Shown here one piece after another: positions 35,001 to 47,514 of a DNA stretch of 64,000 nt (positions are counted from its first letter, which is position 1; each line of letters starts with the position of its first letter). Both the position numbers and the translations under genes were made by a program. The stretch lies in the NCBI RefSeq assembly GCF_006345805.1, contig NC_042997.1:42532001-42596000 (forward strand). Reading direction: 5' to 3'. The notes below the pieces were generated by a model that was not told where the DNA came from, ran no database searches, and saw only the letters and a list, made by a program, of their open reading frames with translations. The stretch comes from Octopus sinensis (taxonomy: Eukaryota).

Positions 35001-36734
35001 TGGTTAAAGTAAGGCAGTTTAGGTATTCAGTAGTATTCTACTTAAAAGCAAACAAATTCATTCCATCTTGTTTGTTTCTATAAAGCCTCATGTCATCATC
35101 GCTCTGACAGACAATGGAAATTATGCAGTTTAGTATTAAATGCTTACTGCTGGATAGCCTCAAGTTAGTAAACACGATTAAAGATGTTCTTGTGTGACTA
35201 TCTCATCATTTTACATATAAAGGACACACTGCACTATATTACCCCACCCTATTAATATCATTTAAAATGATAAAGATATAGTTTGAAGGAGACTTGGCTG
35301 TTATTTTTAGCTGCTCGAATAACTGCGTAGCGGTTCACGCACCAGCTCGCAGAGATGAAAGCTTTTTTTTTTTTGATCAATGGCAATTAACCATCTCTCA
35401 CCAGAATAACTTTTGAAAGGCATCTGAAGTATTTTTAAAAAAGAAATTAAACTTTATAAAGTTTAAGGCTTCCTATAGAATAACGACGAAAAGTTCAAGT
35501 TAAAATTTTTAAGAAATACATTTGACTCGAATAAGTCTTATTTCATTGAAAGTTCTCATTGCATCTAATTAAAGAAAATTTGAACGAGACGGGTGCGTGT
35601 GTGTGTGTAATGTTTACATGGCAATTTAGTTAACAGCCATAAGTTTTATTTCTTCCTAGATACTTCGAGGTAGCCCGCTCGTAATAAAATGAATTGATAA
35701 AAGGAAACTTTCGATATTCATATTATTTATTCAACAATCAACGTAATTTCATTTTTTTAGGCTGCAGAAACGTCGCATCGTACATAATAAGTTTTGTAGG
35801 CATAACTGGTGAGGATGAGAGTGTAAGTGCACTTCTTGTATTTCTACGATTTGAAAAATTAAGTTTGAAGTTTGCTCAGTAAAAAAATACAGTTTAACTT
35901 GTAACCTATTTCGTAGACTTTTTTTAAATAACGCATAACATCCCCCCCCCTCTGAAGTATAAAGTCTTTAGTGTATGTATATATATATAGACAACAGTTA
36001 CAAAGAATACGGGATATATTAAGGTCAATCAACTTGAATTGCTCGAATAACGGTAGGGGCAAAGGGGTTAGTGCCCAGCAGTAGAAGCAGCAGCCGTTAG
36101 TCAATGTCAGGGGGTCAGCAGTAGTGCGACGTCACTGTCTGTACATGTCTTGCCCTCCCCTTCAAACTACAAAGTTTTATTTGCTGCGCAGAATCTCGAA
36201 CTTCCTCCTTCTCCTTTGCTTTGTTGTACCTTAAAGTGTCTGCAGTCCAAAACAATAGAGGTTTACCCCATGTTCCTTCCCGTCTCTCTAAAATAATTAA
36301 AACGTTAACTGGGTTACTATACAGAACCTGCAACGCTTCTAACGCCCTCAACGAGCACCTGCACATTTTCCTTTGTTGTTGTTTGATCTAATTTCGATCA
36401 TTTTCCTTTGTTTATATATTTGTTTCTGAGCGATTCAAGAGAGGCATACATATTTACCCATCTATTAAATCATTTAAAGAAATTCTTAGTAATTTCTTCC
36501 TCCCACCGTTCAATCTGACTTATTTCTAGAACTCCCTTTTTCGAATTTTTAACAGAAGTCTGACTTCCGGTTTGTAAACACACAAAACAATCGGAATTAT
36601 TTATTTGCAATAAATAAAATATTAGACTACTAAGCTGAGTTCGTTACTATTAAATGTGTTTCACGATCGGTTACGATATGCTATGTGTTCCAGTTCAGAT
36701 CGTTGTTGGGAACCTGAGGATATTGGGACGGTTC

Positions 36735-36908
36735 GTTACGTTCTGAGTTCAAATTCCGCCGAGGTCAACTTTGCCTTTCATCCTTTCGGGGTCGATTAAA
36801 TAAGTACCAGTTACGCACTGGAGTCGATGTAATTGACTTATTTATTCCCTTTGTCTGTCATTGTTTGTCCCCTCTAGGTTTAGTCCCCTGTGGGCAATAA
36901 AGAAATAT
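36735..36908 (+). mobile_element. SINE D, 5'-truncated
   Basis: gttacgttctgagttcaaattccgccgagg...gggcaataaagaaata. Confidence 0.85.
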
Positions 36909-37218
36909 AAATGGAATAGGATTTTATTTTTGTCAACGGCAATTAACCATCTTTAAACCTAAGGGTTTAAGGGGATATTTTTTACCTTTCGTTTATTTCA
37001 GTCATTAGATATCGACATTGCTTGGGCATCGCCCTGAAGAATTTCTAGTCGACTGAATCGACCCCAGTACATTTCTTTAAGCTTGGTACTTATTTTATCA
37101 AGTCCTTTGCCGGACCGCTAGGTTACGAGGACGTAAACATACCAATACCGGTTGTCAAGCAGTGGTGGGAGACAAAACACACACACACAAACAAACATAC
37201 ATACATACATACATATAT

Positions 37219-37265
<47 letters not shown>

Positions 37266-37679
37266 AGATATATGTGAATATGCGGGTGTGTATATGTGTA
37301 TATATATATATATGTAGATGTACAAGTGAGAGCCTCCCCACTTACCTAAAACTCTATTTTTCTATTTATATATTTTTTTATCTTTTTATTCTTTTATTTA
37401 TTCTTTTATCTACTTTACCACCGATTCCTTTGACCACTCCCCTAATAATGACAGTTTTGCGCCATGCCTACCCCCAAAAAAGTCCCCCACCACCACCCAT
37501 TTAAACCTGCCTAAATGTATAAATGCCAAAACAACTCTTGTCTACTAGCTTCCTGATGATTTCTCTTGAATGAAACAGTTCTAGTCCTGTAGAAGCTCCT
37601 TCTATAAAATAAATTAATTTACTCTGCTATGTATTGAGTACCTTATTTACTGTGGTTAACCCCGACTCAACCCGGGACC

Positions 37680-37710
<31 letters not shown>

Positions 37711-37869
37711 TTCTGAGTTCAAATTCCGCCGAGGTCGACTTTGCCTTTCATCCTTTCGGGGTCGATTAAATAAGTACCAGTTATGCACTGGGGTCGATGT
37801 AATCGACTTAATCCCTTTGTACTTGTTTGTCCCCTCTATGTTTATCCCCTTGTGGGCAATAAAGAAATA
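37711..37869 (+). mobile_element. SINE D, 5'-truncated, next to (TA)n
   Basis: ttctgagttcaaattccgccgaggtcgactttgcc...gggcaataaagaaata. Confidence 0.85.
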
Positions 37870-38062
37870 TATATTATCCGAAATGTATAATATTAAATAT
37901 CTATGATGGCTGATCTTACCAATCAGTTTTGCATAAAGAATAAAATAACACAATGGTGTGTTAGGTAATAATCTGATTATATAACTTTATGCTCATCAGA
38001 GTTAGCCAATATGGAAGGGAATATGGCAACTGTTCTCTGTTATTGGAGATGAATTATATTAT

Positions 38063-38280
38063 ACGCGGGGCTTCCTTCAGTTTCCGCCTACCAAATCGAC
38101 TTACAAGGTTTTTTGGTCGGCTGTAAGCTATAGTAGAAGACACTTGCCCAAAGTACCACTCAGGGTGACTCATCCCAGAACCATGTGGCTGGGATACAAT
38201 CCATCTTACCACTACCACTCAGGGTGACTCATCCCAGAACCATGTGGCTGGGGAACAATCCATCTTACCACACAGCCTAT
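38063..38280 (-). mobile_element. Old SINE A 5' half with a 59-bp tandem duplication in the head
   Basis: taccactcagggtgactcatcccagaaccatgtggctggg...ccatcttacc occurs at 38154 and 38213. Confidence 0.8.
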
Positions 38281-38693
38281 ATCTAAAAATTCTTTTTAAA
38301 AACATTTTCATTGGGAATTATTCTGTGAGTTGTTACACACAATGATCAAACTGCGCAGAAAAAGTTGACACACATACATATGGGTACATACTAACGTTTA
38401 TTTTCAAATTATTATTTTACCGTTTGTTCTCCAGAGTGGCACATAAACATAATAAAGAATGTTTATGTAATAAAAGTTGCGATGTTGCTTTCAAAGGATG
38501 ATGAATTTCTGAGTTATTCGTTTGAAAATCACTAAATGTATAGGACGGTTAACCATGAGAGAAGTTCAAAATATGGGAGAAGTTATTTATCTGAATACCC
38601 ATAAAAGTATCACCCTTTAGAGTCTATTGTTCAATAAACTATTAAATAGATTTTTTTTTAAAATGGGTCCTCTATCCATTAAAACACATACAC

Positions 38694-39091
38694 ATAGGCG
38701 CAGGAGTGGCTGTGTGGTAAGTAGCTTGCTAACCAACCACATGGTTCCAGGTTCAGTCCCACTGTGTGGCATCTTGGGCAAGTGTCTTCTGCTATAGCCC
38801 CGGGTCGACCAATGCCTTGTGAGTGGATTTGGTAAACTGAAAGAAGCCTGTCGTATATATGTATATATATATATATATATATATACGTGTGTGTGTGTGT
38901 GTTTGTCCCCCTAGCATTGCTTGACAACCGATGCTGGTGTGTTTACGTCGCCGTCACTTAGCGGTTCGGCAAAACAGACCGATAGAATAAGTACTGGGCT
39001 TACAAAGAATAAGTCCCGGGGTCGATTTGCTCGACTAAAGGCGGTGCTCCAGCATGGCCGCAGTCAAAATGACTGAAACAAGTAAAAGAGT
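38694..39091 (+). mobile_element. SINE A, full length
   Basis: ataggcgcaggagtggctgtgtgg...gaaacaagtaaaagagta. Confidence 0.95.
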
Positions 39092-39099
39092 AATATAAT

Positions 39100-39282
39100 A
39101 CATACGTTTATACCACATGTGGAGCATTGGCGATTTTTTTCCTCCATTTCCTGTTTCTGACGAAGAGCTTCGCTTGAAATGTAAAAACTACCTTTCTTTC
39201 TTTCCCTCGGTATCTGCTAATACTTTGCATGTACCACATCCTCACATTGTTGCTTTTTTCTTGTGTTTGTTCTTCGTTTATA
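39100..39282 (+). mobile_element. PLE pLTR 3' fragment (another family) with a decayed hammerhead at ~39154-39188
   Basis: ttt-CUGACGA-A-gagc(ttc)gctt-GAAAU-GU-A-aaa followed by a T-rich tail. Confidence 0.6.
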
Positions 39283-39283
39283 T

Positions 39284-42200
39284 CATCATCATCATCATCA
39301 TCATCGTTTAGCGTCCTCTTTCCATGCTAGCATGGGTTGGACGGTTCGACTGGGGTCTGGGAAGCCAGAAGGCTGCAACCAGGCCCAGTCTGATCTGGCA
39401 ATGTTTCTACGACTGGATGCCCTTCCTAATGCCAACCACTCCCTGAGTGTAGTGGGTGCTATTTATGTGCCACCGGCACAGGTGCCAGACGATTCTGGCA
39501 AACGGCCACGATCGGATGGTGCTTTTTATGTGCCGCCGGCACGGGAGCCAAGCGAGGCTGGCAACGGCCACGAACGGATGGTGCTTTTTACGTGCCACCG
39601 GCATGAGACCAGTCGGTGCGGCGCTGGCAACGGCCACGTTCAGGATGGTTCTCTTACGTGCCACCGGCACTGGTATCTCAGCTGCAATTTCCATTGATCT
39701 ATTTCGATTCTCACTTGCCTCAACAGGTCTTCACAAGTAGAGTTTTGTGTCCCAAGAAGGGAAGGTATGCATAAGTGGACTGGCTACATCCCGTGTAGAA
39801 GGCCACGGGTTATGGTCTCACTTGTCCGGCCGGGTCTTCTCACGCACCGCATACTTCCAGAGGTCTTGGTCTCTAGTCATTTCCTAAAGTTCGAAGGTCG
39901 TGCTTCACCACCTCGTCCCAGGTTTTCCTGGGTCTACCTCTTCCACAGGTTCCCTCAACCACTAGGGTGTGGCACTTTTTCACACAACTATCTTCATCCA
40001 TTCTCGCCACATGACAATTCCAGCGCAAACGTCTCTCTTGCACACCACATCTGATGCTTCTTAGGTCCAGCTTTTCTCTCAAGGTACTTACACTCTGTCG
40101 AGTGTGAACACTGACATTACACATCCATCGGAGCATACTGGCTTCATTTCTTGTGAGCTTACGCTTATCCTCAGCAGTCACAGCCCATGTTTCACTACCA
40201 TGTAGCATGGCTGTACGTACACATGCATCATACAGCCTGCCTTTTACTCTGAGCGAGAGGCCTTTTGTCACCAGCAGGGGTAAGAGCTCTCTAAACTTTG
40301 CCCAGGCTATTCTTACTCTAGCAGTTACACTTTCAGCACACCTGCCCCTGCTACTGACTTGGTCCCCTAGGTAATGGAAGCTATCAACTATTTCTAGTTT
40401 TTCTCCCTGGAAAGTGGCAGAAGTTGGTCTCAGAGCATTTTCAGGGTTTATTGCTCCTGAGCATCTGCCACATACAAATAATATCTTCCCAGTTAGCCTT
40501 CCTTTGATATTGCTGCACCTCTTATGTGTCCATAGCTTACACTTGGTGCATCTTATAGAGTTTCTACCTACACCTTTTCTACAGATCGAGCAGGGCCATC
40601 TACCTGAAGGCGTTTGTGATTTGTCTACCTTCCTACTTATTAGGACTTTGGTTTTAGCTAGGTTGACTTTGAGGCCCTTCGATTCTAATCCTTGCTTCCA
40701 CACCTGAAACTTCTCCTCCAGTACTGATTGTGACTCAGCAATTAGAGCAAGGTCATCAGCATAGAGGAGCTCCCAGGGGCATCCTGTCTTGAATTCCTCC
40801 GTTATTGCCTGGAGGACTATGATAAATAGGAGGGGGCTGAGGACTGAGCCATGGTGGACCCCTACCTCTACCCGGAATTCTTCACTGTACTCGTTGCCAA
40901 CCCTCACCTTACTAGCAGCGTCTCTGTACATGGCTCGCACAGCTCTCACTAACCATTCATCTATCCCTAGTTTCCTCATTGACCACCAGATAAGGGGTCG
41001 GGGGACCCTGTCGAAGGCTTTCTCCATGTCAACAAAAGTCAGGTACAGGGGCTTATCTTTGGCTAGGTATTTCTCCTGCAGCTGCCTTACCGGGAATATA
41101 GCATCAGTGGTACTTTTCCCTGGCATGAACCCAAACTGCATCTCATCTAAACTAACTCTCTCTCTAATTAGTTGGGCTATGACCCTCTCCGTAACCTTCA
41201 TTACCTGATCCAACAGCTTGATACCTCTGTAATTATTTGTATCTAGGGCGTCACCTTTACCTTTGTAGCAGTTGACTATTATGCTGCTACACCAGTCATT
41301 GGGTATGACTCCTTCGTGTATCACCTGATTAACTATACGGGTGACTAGGCTATAGCCGACACTACCAGATATTTTGAGCATCTCTGCAGTGATTCCTGAT
41401 GGGCCTGGGGCTTTCTCTGTCTTCATGCTTCTAATTGCCTTAACTACCAAGGAACTGTCAACTCGGATAGCTGGTCCCTCTGTTGGGTCAACATTCGGTA
41501 GACTCTCTTTATCCAATTCATTTTCTTTATTCAGCAACCTTTCATAGTGGCATTTCCAAACCTCTCTCTTTGCATCCTCATTTAGCGCAAGTGAACCATC
41601 TTCCATGCGAACACACTTCTCTCCTACCACATCGCAATTCTCTCTCACACACTGTCTTGCAACACGAAACACCTCCAGTCTTTGGTCCTCACGGCGCAGA
41701 AAGTTGGCAAATTTTTTCTTATCTGCTTCCCCTCTGGCTAGATAAACCTGTCTCCTAGCTTCCCTTTTGGCAGTCTGATACAATTCCCTGCTACCACTCT
41801 TCTTCCAGTCCTTCCAAGCCTGTCTCTTTTCTCTAATAGCCCTGTCTACAACACTGTTCTACCACCACGTTACCTTGGGACGAGAGGGGACTTTGCACCA
41901 GCCACAGATCTGGTCAGTGGCTCTCAGCAGGTTGTCCCTTAGAAACGTCCAGTTGCCTTCTACCCCATGTGATACTCTATCCTCTTCTACTTCGTCAAAG
42001 CCTTCAAGTAACATGTCCCTAAATCTCTGTCCATTCGCAGGATCTTTAAGCTTCCAGATCCTTCTTCTCCATGTTGGTGATCTTCTGGTTGTCCTCTTAG
42101 TCCTGATCCTAAAGTCACTAACTACCAGTCTATGTTGCGGGGTACATTCTTCGCCTGGGAAGGTTTTGGCATTTATAAGCAGCCATCTTTCCCTTTGCCT

Positions 42201-42365
42201 GGCAAGGATGTAGTCAATTTGGCTGGTATGTTGGCCCGATTGGTAGGTGCCTGGTAGGTTTCCTGAAGTTTGTGTTGCAAACCATAAGATTATTTGCATT
42301 GCAGAACTCCAGCAGCCTGGTTCCCTCCTCGTTTCGGGAACCATAGCCATTGCCTCCATGTACAC
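39284..42365 (-). mobile_element. RTE-clade LINE family 1, 3.1-kb 5'-truncated copy (APE C-terminus plus complete RT)
   Basis: ORF 41859-42368 (SQIDYILAR...CTPQHRLVV, APE end). A TGG>TAG nonsense lies near 41860. The 636-aa ORF 39873-41783 has RT motifs (NYRGIKLL, FVDMEKAFDRV, GVHHGSVLSPLLF, LYADDL, YLG). The 3' UTR has 4 units plus (GAT)n. Confidence 0.97.
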
Positions 42366-42744
42366 CATTTGATGAAATTTGTCAAAGCAGATTTTCTCCG
42401 ATTGATGGCCATCCTGTCCCCAACTCTCAATTATTTCCTAGCAAGACAATATTTCCCCATGACCAAACATGTTTCTGCAGATGATTGGAAACAAACGACA
42501 CTGCTTGTAAGACAGTGATATGCATTTACAACTATCATGCGATATCAAGATGAGGAGATAAAACACACACACACACTCATGCATGCATGCATACACACAC
42601 ACACATATATACATCAGGTTTCTTTCAGTTTCCCTCTACCAAATCCACATCCAAAGTTATAGTAGAAGTATAGTAAAGTGCCACACAATGGGACTGAAAA
42701 CATGAGGTTGAGAAACAAATTCAACCACACAGTCAAGGATATAT

Positions 42745-43760
42745 GAATGGCTTGTAAAATCTATACAATACATGTACAGGGGTGCTGTCGGTAAGGTGAG
42801 AGTTTGCAAAGAGTACAGCAATGAATTTAGAGTACAGGTAGGAGTTCATGAAGGTTTGACTCTCAGTCCCCTCCAATTCATCATTGTCATCCAGGCCATA
42901 ACAGAAGAATTTAAGACTGGCTACCCTTGGGACATATTATATACTAACAACTTCATAGAATTAGAAAAAAAATTTCAGGTGTGTAAGCAAAACTTTGAAG
43001 CTAATTTAGCAAAATTCTCATTAGCAGGAAAGCAAACAGGACTTTACTCTCAACAGTAAATGGCCCTGCTCAATATGTAGGAAAGGTGTTGCCAGGAATT
43101 CTATTTGGTGTATTCAGTGTGTGCTATGGACATACAAGAAGGACAGTGGAATCACAGGAAGGTTGTCAGAAAAAGTAGCAATAAACACTAGATTTTCTTG
43201 AATGCTCTGTAGGTCGCAGATAGTTTCTGTCACCTAGGTGACCTAATTAGCAAAGGAGGAGGATGTTCTGAAGGTATAGTTGCTAGGATAAAAATAGGTT
43301 GGACAAAGTTCAGAGAGCTGTTACCGTCAATAAGAGTCTCTCCCCCCAGTCTCTCTCTCTCAGTGAAATTGTATGATGTTTGTGCATGAACAACAATGCT
43401 ACATGGTAGTGAGTTGTGGGCTCTAAATGTAGAGGACATGCAAAGACTAGAAAGGAGAGGAGCTAGTATGCTCTGATGGATGTTGTACATGTATGACAAT
43501 GTGTTGAGAGAAAAATTGAGCATAAGCGAAATGAAAGCATGTAAGAAAGAAGACTGGCCTGGTTTGGTCATGTGATGAGGACAGCTGTGTAAAGAAATGC
43601 TGGTTGCTTAATGTGTATGAAATTTATGGAAGATCGAAACTCAGGATGACATGGGATGATGTAGTGATGGTTAATCTCAAGAAATTAAGCCTCATGGAAG
43701 GGATGACGAAGGACTGAGATGATTGGTGATTCATTGTGCTTGAGAAAACATGTTAATCAG
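42745..43760 (+). mobile_element. Old degraded RTE family 1 RT/3' fragment
   Basis: MYRGAVGKVRVCKEYSNEFRVQVGVHEGLTLSPLQFIIVIQAITEEFKTGYPWDILY aligns with the RT at 39873-41783. Confidence 0.85.
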
Positions 43761-45360
43761 ATTGAAACTTAGGCCCTAAAAGCATTATGTTTATGCCTGT
43801 ATATGCTGGACCCTGACCCTGCATCCAGTCTTCCCCTGCTGAGCATTCCATCTTACCTTCTTAATTCCCATCTCTCCAACACTCTTCTAACTATGGTACT
43901 ACTCAGCTGCTATTATCATTTGAGAGCAGAATCTGTAGTGTGTGCACGATTTGAATATAAAGGCACCTACCTTCTGTTCCTAGTGACGGAGACCCTCCAG
44001 TGGTAACTAGTCCTTCGACACAGCCCCGACCCAAACACTAACGATAGCAGCTGCTAGCCCAAACCCTTAGCGACATCCTCACATGTCTTGTCACCTGCAC
44101 GACCCACGTTGGAAAAGGCCCAATTGACCGCTCCCTGCGCACGCCTGTCGGCGGTCCCCTTCCGGTTGCCCCAGCTTCCGGTCAATGCACCCAGCTGCTG
44201 ACGTCATCCCACAGAATCTGCACATATTTCACCCCCACTTTTATGCTATTGGTACCTACCTTCTATCCTTGGAATCACTTTCTATAACATCCATTTCTCA
44301 TAATCATTTCTTCCCCCATTTTTTGTTCACTAATCATCCTCTTTCTGTGCATCTAGTTATCTCTCCCTTTTCCTCTGAACTATACCTTAAGAATACCACA
44401 CCTCATCTTTAACACCTCTCGTATCTGCAATCATTCTCAGTACCTTCTCATATCTGCCACAAATGCCCACCCATTATCACCCTACCCACTGTAGCCACCT
44501 TTATGTACCACTCACCTCCATCTGTCACTGTTCAATGTGATTAAATGTGATTAACATGTTTTCTCAAGCACAGTGAATCACCAATCATCTCAGTCCTTTT
44601 CACACTTCACATCATTTCCCTACTTTCTGATCTACCTTTAGATTTATGAGACTGCTGCTTTTCTTCCTTCTTGTGCTGCTCTTGTCATCTCCGCTTTCCT
44701 GATCCACTTCTATCTCTCACCTTTCCCCCTTCCATACTAATATTTACCATCAACCGCATCATCATCCTTGTTCATCATTTACTACATTATCCTCTACCCT
44801 CGCCTCTAACCAGCACTTACTTTCTTCTCACACTCTTATGAAATTACCTCCCCTCGCTGATCCCTTGTCCCTATTCTCTCTTATACACACTTTCTCGTAC
44901 CTTGAGAGTTTGCTCTAGCACCTTATCATCACTGTCTTCATTTTATTTCCAGCTACTCTCAAGCACCCTTATACAATGTGGAGCAATCGTGTATCCTCTC
45001 TGTAGCAAAACTGTGCTTGTCCCTCTATGATACTTTAGCCTTTCAATACTTGACACAAAGCCACCAACCCCTTTTTCACTCCCACTCAGTTGAGGAGGCT
45101 TCTTTTTTTTTTAGTTGTCTTGTAAGATATTAGGCAACCTAGTGTCAGTATCACAAAAGAAGCACCCAATACGCACTGTAGTGATTGACTTCATAAAAGG
45201 GATCCAACTATAGAAACCATAGCAAAGCTGACACTGAAGTTCAGTAGAGTCTTGTGGGTGGCTCAGTGGATCCTCTCCAACCATGAAACTCATGCTAGCA
45301 TGGCAAACGAATGTTAAACAATGAGGATATTAATGATGATCTCACACACACACATACATA

Positions 45361-46161
45361 TCTATATATATAAAAGTGAGGTTGTGTGCTGTCTGTCTGT
45401 CTCCTACGATTTAGATTCCTAACTCCTCCCACATTTTGCGGTGCAGTTTAACCAAAACCGGATATCTTATAGTCGTAATTCATATCAAGCCCGTCTGGCT
45501 ATTAGCGCGCGTCTACGATGAGTCTACGATTTTAAAAATAATTTAACATCATTTTTTTATTCCATTTTAATGCATATTTTTTCGTGTGTCGATGGCGGCG
45601 GAGTTGGCGTCCATGCTCAAACACCTGCACCTGTGTTTGCTTCTCCCCCTTCTTCCCTCCCTCGTGAAGCTGTGGGGAAGGGAGTGTAAGGAAATCAACG
45701 TCGTAATGCGTTGTCAAGGAGACCAGCGTTCTTTTAGAACAACGACTTCATGGCTTGAAGACACCAAAACAATATATAAAAGTGAAGTTGTGTGTCTGTC
45801 TCCTACGATTTAGATTCCTAACTACTCCCACATTTTGCGGTGCAGTTTAACCAAAACTGGGTATCTTATAGTCGTGATTCATATGGAGCCCTTCTGGGTA
45901 TTAGCGCGCGTCTATGATGAGTCTACGATTTAAAAAAAAATTTACCATCAATTTTTCCCATTTTTAATGCATTTTTGGCATATATAAGGGAAGTAACTCT
46001 CTAAAAAATTTATTATTAAATCTCAGAACGTAAAAAGCTACAGTAACACCCCCCCCTTTGTGGTTAGCCATATTGAGATGGCTATTATACTTTACATCTC
46101 TAAAAATGCTTATATAGTTTTTTCCCTTACAAACCCGAGCAACACCGGGCGATACTGCTAG
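45361..46161 (+). mobile_element. Composite non-autonomous Helitron with two 5' ends
   Basis: A|TCtatatatataaaagtgagg at 45361. The 5' segment repeats from ~45772. Subterminal cccgagcaacaccggg hairpin and CTAG|T at 46158-46161. Confidence 0.8.
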
Positions 46162-46707
46162 TTTTATATATATATATATATATATAACTTACAACAACAT
46201 TTACAATATTCTTCATTAGAATCTACTGTTACTGAACAACATTTCCACTAAATGCCTACTTGACGACGACGACAACGACAACAACAACAACAAAAACAAC
46301 AACAACAACAACAACAACATATAAAAAACCTACTGATTTTTTTTTTACCAGTGATCACTGATTGACCTAATGATCAATTAGCATACATAGGTGGCTACTC
46401 CTAATATGTAGATAATGTATGTTGGTGATTTTGCTATAGTTACCATTCAACAAGTTTGAAATGAATGGACTTGATGGAAATAATTGGATGTACGACTGTA
46501 ATGATCTACCCTTATCAGTACCCACAATCAATATACTATAGAAAAATATTGGATAACAACCCATCAACTCTATGTTACATAACTCTATGATTATGTCTCC
46601 AACACTCTTCTTTCTGTACATTAACAAAACTACTTGCAATCACAAACACCAATTTTTACTCCAGTGCAGGTGAAATTACTCTTCATTTCTTCTTAATGTT
46701 CTGTGTA

Positions 46708-46917
46708 TAACCCTTTAGCAGTTAAACCGACCATATCTGGCCCAAATATTCTACATGCTATATGTCCAAACTGACCATATCTGGTCCAAATATTCTACAT
46801 GCTATATGTCCAAACTGGCCAGATTTGGCCTTTCATTGCTATTCTACAATATCATTCTAAAAATAAACAATTACATCATCAAAATCTCAAAGATACAAGT
46901 TAATGCATGATTAATTG
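46708..46917. mobile_element. Truncated TTAA-type MITE with an internal ~43-bp tandem duplication
   Basis: taaccctttagca start. gaccatatctgg.ccaaatattctacatgctatatgtccaaact occurs twice. Homologous to 4106-4325. Confidence 0.55.
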
Positions 46918-47085
46918 ACCTCACTAGTACTAGAGGCATGGAAAAAGCATCCAGTACATGCTGTAAAGTAGGTGATATTAGGAAGGACATCTACCTGTAG
47001 AAACAATGCCAAAGCAGACCCTAGAGCACGATGCGGTCCTTGGGTCCATCAAATCCTATTAAACTGTCTAACCCATGGACATTAA

Positions 47086-47117
<32 letters not shown>

Positions 47118-47356
47118 GGTACATTATTGCTATGTTTCAAAGTACAGAATATATCTATAGATTTTAGCCAATATTAGGGCTTGTCTACAACTATCATGCA
47201 ATGTCAAAGCAAGGAGACAGTAATGCCCACACACACACACACGCATATGTGGGTGTGTATACATATGGATACATATATCTAGTCAAACTGTCCAACCCAT
47301 GCCAGTATGGAAAACAGACGTTACAGGAAGATGATGATGACGTAGATTTATATATA

Positions 47357-47514
47357 ACAGGCTTCATTTAGTTTCTGTCTACCAAATCCACTTACAAGGC
47401 TTTGGTCAACCAAGGTCTATACTTGGCCATCCAAGGAACCATGCAGCAGAACTAAACTGGGAACCAAGTGATTGGGAAGCGAACTTCTTACCACACAGCC
47501 ACCCCTGCACCTGT
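47357..47514 (-). mobile_element. Old SINE A 5' half whose head is the first unit of the satellite
   Basis: acaggcttc...accaaatccacttacaaggctttggtc...cttcttaccacacagccacccctgcacct is the reverse complement of SINE A. Confidence 0.85.
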
